Positions 40,527-64,000 of a DNA stretch of 64,000 nt are shown piece after piece (within the stretch, counting starts at the first letter, position 1; every line of letters begins with the position of its first letter). The notes beneath the pieces are model-generated. The model was given only the letters and a program-made list of their open reading frames with translations. It was not told the origin of the DNA and made no database searches. The position numbers were made by a program, and so were the translations under genes. Origin of the DNA: the human T2T-CHM13v2.0 reference genome, Homo sapiens; the NCBI RefSeq assembly GCF_009914755.1, contig NC_060943.1; one strand, given 5' to 3'.

Positions 40527-40650
40527 CTGTCAGCACCTCCTCCGCCTCGGAGCTCTGGGGCTGGGAGTCCCCAGGCTTCGGGGGGCCCCTGTGGAGGACA
40601 CAGGTGGCCCCCTCCTTCCTGACATCTCAGGAGAGGGAGGGGGCAACCAC
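40527..40650 (-). other. NTF4: Probable NTF4 non-coding first exon (5' boundary approximate)
   Basis: Donor GCTGACAG|gtctgg at 40527. All pseudogene copies have CT in place of this GT. Confidence 0.55.
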
Positions 40651-41147
40651 CTAGGGGAAGAAAAGAATAGACAGGTTATAGAGGCAGGTGGGGAAGGGGC
40701 CAAATCCCTGAACAACCCCTTCCCAGAGTTCCTCTTCAAGTGCAGGGTACCCAAGAGTCAAGGCCCCGCCCCCTTTCCAGAGGCCCCTTTTCTACCCAGG
40801 TGATGGCTCCTGGCTGGGATGGGAAGCAGATGGAGGGAGGGGAAGGGAGAATAGGGGAAGGGAGAGGCAGTGGATGAAGGAGGCTGGAAGAGATTACATC
40901 CCCCTCGGCCCATTCATCTCCCAGATGGGGTGGAACTGGCCTGGACACCCGGGTCCCTGAGGGCCCACACTCAAGAAGCCCTGGTTCCCCAAGCTGCTTC
41001 CTGGAATGTTCCCTCCTCACAGGACAGGCCAGGGCCCGCCCAAGACTTCTGCACATACCTGGAGTGGCTGCCTGCCCTGGCTCCTCGGTACAGGAAAGGG
41101 GAAGGGTGGAGAGTGAAAGGAGCCCAGGCTGACCCAACCAGGACCGC

Positions 41148-41500
41148 CTTCTCCCTCAGACCGAGTAGTGCAGACCCCAGGGCCTCCACCTTCAGACCCA
41201 GGAGTTCAGATCCCCAGCGCCCTCCTCCCTCAGACCCAGGAGTAGTCCAGGCCCCCAGCGCCCTCCTCTCTCAGACCCAGAAGTCCAGGCCCCCAGCACC
41301 CTTCTCCCTCAGACCCAGGAGGAGTCCAGGCCCAGGCCCCCAGCACCCTTCTCCCTCAGACCCTGGAGTCCAGGTCCCCAGCGCCCTCCTCCTTCAGACC
41401 CAGGAGTCCATGCCCCCAGCGCCCTTCTCCCTCAGACCCAGGAATCCAGGCCCCCAGTGCCCTCCTCTCTCAGACCCAGGAGTTCTGGAATTCAGGCCCC
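41148..41500. repeat. MSR1 minisatellite array (~36-39 bp unit)
   Basis: About 9 copies of cagacccaggagtccaggcccccagc(n)ccct(c/t)ctccct. Confidence 0.8.
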
Positions 41501-41599
41501 TCCTTCTCGGATACTAAGAAATGCAGACTCCGGGTTCCTCATCCTCCAGATTTGGGTTGGGGGTTCCGGACTCCGAGACCCCTCAGGGGAAACCGGCTG

Positions 41600-41980
41600 C
41601 ATATCTGGGACACTTCCCTCTTGCCTCAGTTTCCTCCGCCAAGCCCCGCCCCGGTCGGCCCCGCCCCCGTCCCTCCCCACCCGAGGGCAGGGCGACCAGG
41701 ACGCCGGAATCCCGAGGGAGGAGGAGTGGAGATCTTACCTGGGGCGCCCTCTTCGGCTCCCGCGGCTGCCCTCCGCCCGGCAGCAGCTCCTCCTCCTGCT
41801 CGCTGGCTGCAGGGACGCTCGCTGGCCCGCCGGGTGCTAGCTGCTCACGCTCCGCAGGGCCCGGGTCGGGGGCGGGGGCGGGGCGGCGCCGGGCGGCAGA
41901 GGAGGGGCCGGGGGATCCTGCCTTGCACTCGCGTGCCGGGACCTTGGAAGCCAGGCCTGGCTCGTTCAACGCGGCCGCCT
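41600..41980 (-). promoter_or_regulatory. CpG island with a probable upstream alternative NTF4 first exon (donor at 41739)
   Basis: CpG-rich sequence, tandem GGGGCGGGG boxes (~41868-41885), strong donor CCCCAG|gtaaga. Confidence 0.55.
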
Positions 41981-42019
41981 TGGTCACAGGAGTCCCAGTT
42001 TCCAGCTGCCTCCTCCTTT

Positions 42020-42260
42020 GGACCTAGCAGTCCAGGCCCCCAGCCCCTCCTCCCTTCAGACCCAGGAGTCCAGGCATCCGGCCCCTCCTCCCTCAGACCC
42101 AGGACTTGCGACCCCAGCCACCTCTCCCCCCAGCCCCAGGCGCCTGAGTACTAAGCCCACAGTTCCCCCCACCACCTCCCAACCCCGCCCCGTCTCAGAC
42201 TCAGGAGTCCAGCCCCCAGCCTCCTCCTCCATTAGCCCCAGGAGTCTGGGCCTGAGATTC
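42020..42260. repeat. Second MSR1 minisatellite cluster
   Basis: agtccaggcccccagcccctcctccct(t)cagacccagg units. Confidence 0.7.
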
Positions 42261-43229
42261 CTTTGCCGTCTTTTGCCAATTGCGTGTCAATCCCGGGGCA
42301 GATTCCCACCCTCTGCTCTCCTCCCCACTTCCCAGGAGCTCCACGCCAGACATTAACCAGCTGGGCTTGGGCAGTGATAAGGCCCCAGGCCCGGGGAGAC
42401 AGTGGATGTGGGGGCTCCCGCATACTCCTCTCCCCTGGAATTTCCTGGCTGGGGACCGGGGAGAAGGTCTTGTCCTGAGCTCAGATAAGAGACGTGCAAG
42501 GTATCATAGGACCAGAGATAGACAGATGTGTCTTAAGAACAATCAGCTACCTTGAGAAATGGTGCGCGGTGACATGAAGGGAGAGATAGGGAGAAGACAT
42601 GGAAAAGTGGGGAGAGACCAAAAGAAAGAGGGGGACCGAGACTAGAGAGAGTGGGGGAGGGCAGGAGCCCAGAGAGAAGACAGAGGCCCAGAGAGCGTGA
42701 GGGCAGACCCCCCCACCCCCCCGAGAAGGGGACAGAGCCCCTGAGAGACCCTGAGAAAGACAGGGATGGGACCGGAGCCGGAGTGTCTCAGGACAGTCAT
42801 GAGGGCAGCGGGGCTCCTCACCCCACCACACCTCTACCCTGAGACTCCGCTCCCCTCCGCCTGCGCTATTTTCAGAAGGAAAACTGACACCTGCCTCGAG
42901 GGTCATCCCACACCCCCTCAGCCTAAATATAGCATGGCAAGGTGGCAGGAGGGTGTCCCCGGTTAGGGTGTTTCCTGCTCCTCACCATCCCAGCCAAGGC
43001 AACACACAAGGCCGCTCCAGTTATTTATTGGGGGTGGGGGGAAGGGCCACTTCCCAGGCTTTGGGTGTGCATTCAGGTCACCTCTCCGGCTTCTCCACCC
43101 TTCCCCTGTTCCTAAACAGCCAATACATCCTGCCGCATAGCAGGAGGACTCTAGCTTCTAGCTTCTAGCTTCTAGTCCTGGAGGGGATAGTAGGGATGAG
43201 GTTTCCAAACAGAGTGACTGGGAAACAGT

Positions 43230-43570
43230 CTCTGTCCCCCTATCTCCAGGTCTCTGTTCCCCTCCCTCTGGATTTCTGTCTCCCTCCAACTCTGGGTCTG
43301 TCCTTCTCTCTCTGAGTCTCTGTCCCCCTCTCTCTCTGGGTCTCTGTCCCTCTCTCTCTGGGTCTCTGTCCCCCTCTCTCTCTGGGTCTCTGTCCCCTTC
43401 ACTCTCTGGGTCTCTGTCTCTCTCTCTGTCTCTGGATCTCTGTCCCCCCTCTCTCTGGGTCTCTGTTCCCCCCCAGGTCTCTGTCCCCCCTTCTCTCTGG
43501 GTCTCTGTCCCCCTCTTTCTAGGTCCCAGTTTTCTTCTCTCTGGATATCTGTCCACCCTCTCTGGGTCCC
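43230..43570. repeat. CT-rich tandem repeat (~22-24 bp unit ctctctgggtctctgtcccc)
   Basis: Direct inspection; it generates the repetitive ORF 43158..43667. Confidence 0.8.
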
Positions 43571-44551
43571 AGTCTCCTTCTTGCTGAGCCTCTTGCATCC
43601 TCTCTCTTGGGGTCACTGTCTGCTTCTCTTTCCCCTCGTGGGGGTCTCTGTTCCCGCTCCCGGCCATCTGCCCTCTTCCCCCTTGCCCTTGGATTTCTCT
43701 CTTTTGCTCTGTGCCTCTCCTCCCTCCTGGCCTCAGTTCCTGTCTGTGTCTCCTCTTTAGGTCTCTGTGCTGGAGTCCAACCTGTCTCTTGTCACTGTGA
43801 GGTCCGTCTCCATTCTGTCCCTAAATCTGGCTTTCTCTCCATTTCAGAGAGAAGTGACTACCTAAAGCTTCTATTAATTTCAACCATTATCAAACTCCTC
43901 TCACCATCTGTACCTTCTCTTTAGCTGTATGAAAAGGTGCTCAGATGAAACCAGGGGTTTCCACACTGAATTCCTGAGCTGCATTTTGAGTTGCCAAGAG
44001 GAGGCGTGTTCTCCTCCAACCAGTTCCCTTCCCATGCTTCCCACTGGTGTCTCTAAGGAAGATTTATTTGACCCAAAAAAGGGGTGGGTATGGCTAAAAA
44101 TAACAACAACAGTCTGTAAACCACTGGATAGGTTTTAATAAATTAACCCAAGTAAAGTACTTTGATACCAAAGGAAGCCCTATATGTGTTAGTGATTTCA
44201 GCCTTCTTCCTCTAAATGCCCTTTGAGTTCTGAAAGATTTCTGAAAATGTTCGGCCTTGTGACCTTGGGTAACACCTGCTGCTCTGAGCCTCAGTTTCCC
44301 CGTCTGTAAGAAATGAGGCTACGGGACTCAGGAGGACCCGTGTGTCCCAGCAGGCTGATGGGGACATGTGAAGCAGACAGACAGCCTGCCTGGCCCCTGG
44401 GGACAAGCTGTGAGACCTTGGGAAGCCACTCCCCTGCTCTGAGACTCAGGTTTCTCCCCTGGAAAACAGAGTGAGGCCCCCAGCCTGTCTGACAGCCTTC
44501 CTGAGCTGCAGGGAGGGTAGGTGACAGGCCTGGTTCAGGATTGTTCTGTGA

Positions 44552-45335
<784 letters not shown>

Positions 45336-46785
45336 TCTATCCCCTGCTCTTGGTCTCTGTCTCCCCACTCTGGATTTCTGTTCCTCTCTTCTGCGTCTCT
45401 GCCATACCCCACCCTCCAGGTCATTGTCTCCCTCTCCCTGAGTCTCTGTTTCTCTCCCTTTGGGTCTCTGTCTCTCTGGGTTTCCACCTCTTCCTTTTTC
45501 TGGGTCTCTTTCTCTATCCTTTTGGCTCTGTCCCTCTATCATGTCTGGACAGAGTACAGTTTTCTCCCCCTCTCCCCTTTCCCTTGTGGCTCTGACCTCC
45601 ATGTCTGAGCATAAAACTGTAGGGGAGAATGGGAGTGAACAGCACAATGAAGTGGATGTGGGGTAAACAGGAGGAGCATCCACCTCTTCCTAATTTACCC
45701 AGTCGCCTCTGGATGAACACCCAATCCCATGGATACAGAATCCAGTCCCGCCCCCTACAGCGAGCTGGGGAGCCAGCTCGGCACACCTCCCAGAGCCCTC
45801 GCCACTGCATGCTCCCAGATACATGATGCTTCCCCACTGCTATTTCCTTTGGGTCCTGGTGCTACCACTAAATGCAAAACAGCCCGATGTGGCCCTATGG
45901 AACTCGTTCGCACAGTCCAACTCAACCCAACTTCCTGTAGGACTCACATAGTGACACAACTCAATGGAACTCAATTCAGCATGGCCCTATGAGACTCAAA
46001 CAGTGGCATGACCCAACTGAACTGGCCTTACAAGGCTCATATGGTTGTACAATTCAACACAACTCAACTCGCTGTGGCCACGAAAAATGTCCAGCCACAC
46101 ACCTCTACACAGTTAAGCCCAACAGAACCCTACAAGATTCATTTGGTCATACAAACTTAACCCAATGTGACCTAGAAAGCTCAAATTCTACCACTGGACT
46201 CTTCACATTTCTACATGACTCGCAAGTTCACAGAACCTAAAATAACATGCCCCTGGAAGAATCACAGAGCTACACAATTTCCACCATGTCTCAACGAAAC
46301 TTAACACCACACACATTCGATCTCAACAATGCCATGGGGGACCATCTAACTTGACCCAACATGGCCCTAGGGGACCCACCAAACCACAGAATCCTACACA
46401 ATGCAGCTGGACCACACTATCCCAGACTCACAACCCAACCAAACCCAACACTGACCTAGGAAACTCACAAAATGATATGACCAAACCTATCTCAACACTA
46501 CCCCAAAAGGCTCCATGAGCTTTGCACAACTCAGAGTAATATGAACCAATTGAGTCTTCATTAACACAACACAACCCATTGCCATTCGCTGCTGCTTCAG
46601 GAGGTACCCACAGGAGCTACCAAACCACACAACCCAAGACCCAACAAGACTCAGTGTTTCCCCACTCGTTATGACTTAACCTAGCTCTTCCTAAACCCAA
46701 TCCCCTCCCCCCAGCCTTGCCCTCCACCCTGCCCTCCCTCCCTCCCTCTAGGGAGGTGTGAGGTCCTGCAGACCTCAACTGTTCC

Positions 46786-55729
<8,944 letters not shown>

Positions 55730-55744
55730 TATTTTATTTATTTT

Positions 55745-58368
<2,624 letters not shown>

Positions 58369-58380
58369 TCAATCAATAAA

Positions 58381-59600
58381 TAGGAAGCACAGCATAAAAG
58401 TTTAGAAAAGTCACAACCTGGCAATGTGGTAGAGAAGGGAAGAGCATTTTTTAGGAGAGAAATAGAAGCAGGCTGTATTGCCTTGCTGGAGAGGTTGCGT
58501 GACTAAAAGGAAGCCAAGTGCTAATAGCCAAGACAATGGGAAAAAGGCCTTGAAGGCATTTCAGGAGTCTTCAAAACAGCCTCCCCCATCACAGGCTCTG
58601 AGGCATATAAGGAAAGAGTGGTTTACTGGGCCAGATCCAGGGCCCTGTCTCCTGCTCAGCCTGGGGACACTGCTCCCCTGCATCCCTGCTGTTCGATCAC
58701 CAGCCATGACACACAGGGTCCCAAGTACAGCTTGGGCCACCACTCCAGAGGGTGCAAGCCATAAACTTTGGCAGCTTTCATGTGGGATTAAGCCTGCAGG
58801 TGCACAGAATGCAAGAGTGAAGGAAGCTTAGCAGCTCCCACCTGGATTTCAGAGGATGTGTAGGAAAGCCTGGGTGTCCAGGCAGAAGTCGGCTGCATGG
58901 TTGGAGTCCCTACAGAGAGCCTCTACTAGGACAGTGCCAAGGGGGAAAGGTGGGGTTGGAGGCCTAACATACAGTCCCCACCAGGGCGCTGCCTAGTGGA
59001 GCTGTGAGAAGGGGACCCCTCCTCTCTAGATCCCAGAGTGACAGGTCTGCCAGCAGATTGCACCCTGAGCCTACAACAGCTGCAGGCACTAAACTCCAAC
59101 CTGTGTGAGGAGACATTGGGGCTGGACTTTGCTGCCCAAGACTTTGGGAGCCCACTCCTTGCACCAGTGTGCCTTGGATGCAGAACATGGAATCAGGGAT
59201 TATTTTGGAGCTTTAAAGTTTTTTTTTGTTTTTGTTTTTGTTTTGAGACAGAGTCTTTCTCTGTTGCTCAGGCTGGAGTGTAGTGGTGCAATCTTGGCTC
59301 ACGACAACCTTCGCCTCCCGAGTTCAAGCAATTCTTCTGTCTCAGCCTCCTGAGTAGCTGGGATTACAGGCACCTGCCACCACACCTGGCTAATTTTTGT
59401 ATTTTTAGTAGAGATGAGGTTTCACCATCTTGGCCAGGCTGGTCTTGAACTCCTGACCTCGTGATCCATCCACCTCGGCCTCCCAAAGTGCTGAGATGAC
59501 AGGTGTGAGCCACTGTGCCAGGCTAGAGCTTTAAAGTTTAATGTCTTCTCTGCTGTGTTTCAGACTTCTGTTAAGCCTATTGTCCCTTTCCTTTGGCAGA
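58381..59600 (+). mobile_element. MaLR internal sequence (MST/THE1-int-like), interrupted by an Alu (~59220-59525)
   Basis: gccaagacaatgggaaaaa...cccatcacaggc...gggtgcaagccataa...gcagaagtc...ctctactaggacagtg motifs typical of MaLR internal regions. Confidence 0.7.
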
Positions 59601-59639
59601 TTTCTCCCTTTTATTTTATTATTATTATTATTTTATTTT

Positions 59640-61790
<2,151 letters not shown>

Positions 61791-61849
61791 TAGACATCAA
61801 CGCAATCAGGCTGTTCACCTAGGGACTCTTTGCTAGGCGGCGGAGAGGT

Positions 61850-62372
61850 ACGTTACAGTTCTCTACGCAAAACGCATGCGCGAAAGATCCGGGAAGTGTG
61901 ATCGGAAAGGGGCGGAGCATCAGGGAGAGTCTCGCGGACATAGGCGGTTCGGCGCGGAAAGCGGGAGGTGGAGGGGCGGCTTGGGGCAAGCGCGCGCGCG
62001 CAGTGCAGAAGCCAGCCCCCCGCGGCTGAGGTACTCAAGGTGCCCAAAGGCGGGGTAGTGACCTCGCGCGTGCGCTGTGCCCGCGGCAGCGCCGGGTCCT
62101 AGTGTGTGGGTTGTTGTTGGCACCGCACGGCGCGTGCGCAGTGAGGACGGCGGAGGGATTTGCGGCCGGGACCCACCCCCTGCTCCAGTCGCTATCGGAG
62201 GCCGCGCGGGTGGCTGAGCAGCGGTCTGGTGCGCTCGCTTAGCGGGCGACGGAATCAGACGGACGTGGACGCCCCCGGAGTGGAAGCCGAAGCAGGAGTT
62301 GTTGTTGCTGAGGGGCTGCCGCAGCCGCCGCGAGCCTCCGGACAGACGCCAGAGCGAGGAGGGCGCTACGCG
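61850..62372 (+). promoter_or_regulatory. SNRNP70: SNRNP70 CpG-island promoter and non-coding exon 1 (donor after 62372)
   Basis: NRF1-like CGCATGCGCG (~61873), ETS-like GGAAGT (~61892), GC boxes, TCTCGCGG (~61930), donor GCG|gtgagt. Confidence 0.75.
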
Positions 62373-63150
62373 GTGAGTGAGTGTGACTGAGTGGCCCGAC
62401 GGGGTGCGGGGCCGCTACCCAGAAGCCCCAGCGGTGGGCCCGGTCCTCTTCCCCGCGGCCAGGCCCCTTTCCCGCGTCCCCGCCACAGGTCCCTTCTGCA
62501 TCCCTTTCCCGGACCCCGAAATCTCTGGGCACCCACGCCCGCTTCCCACAGCGCCCTCGTGGTTCCCTACCCACAGGCCCTTGCGGTGTGTGGCCTTTTT
62601 TCTTTTTCGTTTGTCTATGTTGTCCTGGACCCTTACCCATAATTCCTTTCGCTTTTTGCGGGGTCCAGGTCTGTTACCCACAAGCACTTGGTTTTGGGGC
62701 TTCGCTCCTTATGTTTCTCTTTCTTTGCTTGGAAACTTCCGATCCCCAGGACCCTGCAAACTGCATCTCGTAATTTGCCCTCCACGGCACGGGACGAGCA
62801 GCCACAGCTGCTCTGGGCCTCCCTCCTCGGGTCCTTGATTTCCCCAGAAATTCCCAGGGAACCTCTCCGCCCCACAGCTCGTGTCAGAGGACTCTGAGAC
62901 TTCACTCTTCAGGAACCCTTTTCCAGCCGTTATTTTTGTTTTCTTTACCGGCCTTTCACCTCCACCCCCACCAAGACGTACCCTTTTCTCCGCAACACAG
63001 GACTGTTCTCTGCCCTTACAGAGCCTGTTTTAATTCCGAGACTTTTCTCCTGTCTTTCTTATTTTGAGAGTCAAGGAGTAACAGGGGCTTTCTCTGTGCA
63101 GACCCGATCTAACCTAAGGCTGTCCTGCTTCTGCTCTCAGACTTGGCAAG

Positions 63151-63297
63151 ATGACCCAGTTCCTGCCGCCCAACCTTCTGGCCCTCTTTGCCCCCCGTGA
63201 CCCTATTCCATACCTGCCACCCCTGGAGAAACTGCCACATGAAAAACACCACAATCAACCTTATTGTGGCATTGCGCCGTACATTCGAGAGTTTGAG
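63151..63297 (+). CDS. SNRNP70: U1 snRNP 70 kDa protein, first coding exon (partial gene; continues beyond the window)
   Basis: Acceptor ctctcag|ACTTGGCAAG ATG; [49 protein letters not shown]|gtgagt. Confidence 0.95.
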
Positions 63298-63449
63298 GTG
63301 AGTTCACTGAGCAGGCCAGGAATGGTTTGGGTTCTGGGGAGCAACGGGTTGGATTTGCGAGTCCAGCTTCTGGCCATTTTGCCAGCTGCGTGATTTAAGC
63401 GAGGGGCTTAACCTTTGTGATCCTCAGTTTCTCTGTTTTAAATGGGGTT

Positions 63450-63935
<486 letters not shown>

Positions 63936-64000
63936 GTGGGGTTGATAGTACACCTTTTGTAGAATTTTTGTGAAAATTCAGTGAGTAGTGGTTGAGGATT

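Noticed and set aside
41148-41500. Regularly spaced ~37-bp repeats superficially resembling a CRISPR array; Pro-rich ORF 40870..41517
   Set aside because: Head-to-tail minisatellite without unique spacers or cas genes, in human DNA. The ORF is a repeat artefact.
43158-43667. 169-aa R/E/D/G-rich ORF
   Set aside because: Product of the GA/CT-rich tandem repeat.

Overview
Human genomic DNA that I recognise as the chr19q13.33 LHB/CGB cluster and its distal flank. It is human because it carries an AluYa5 with all five diagnostic positions. Gene order: CGB3 (-, exon 3 is outside the window), two NTF4 pseudogenes, CGB2 (+), CGB1 (-), two more NTF4 pseudogenes, CGB5 (+), CGB8 (-), a fifth NTF4 pseudogene, CGB7 (-; Lys2/Pro4/Ala117 allele), NTF4 (-), KCNA7 (-), about 11 kb of dense Alu/LTR/L1/7SL-derived repeats, then the promoter and first two exons of SNRNP70 (+). 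The Pol III genes SNAR-G2 and SNAR-G1 sit head-to-head with CGB2 and CGB1 inside their novel promoter insertions. CGB and NTF6 paralog names come from order, orientation and diagnostic residues recalled from memory, not from a database search. Most of the window is known biology, and I see no convincing wholly new system. The best less-obvious observations are: (i) a five-exon SAXO3-like (Mn-motif) unprocessed pseudogene between CGB7 and NTF4 with all splice sites intact; (ii) five relic copies of the RUVBL2 last exon marking the original ~10.5 kb duplication junction; (iii) a ~4.5 kb deletion junction shared by every CGB promoter except CGB7; (iv) a ~21.7 kb palindrome whose breakpoints are chimeric Alus; (v) strongly localised divergence of the two snaR genes; (vi) an in-frame, Kozak-context CUG that could add a 50-aa N-terminus to KCNA7 resembling the mouse Kv1.7 long isoform.
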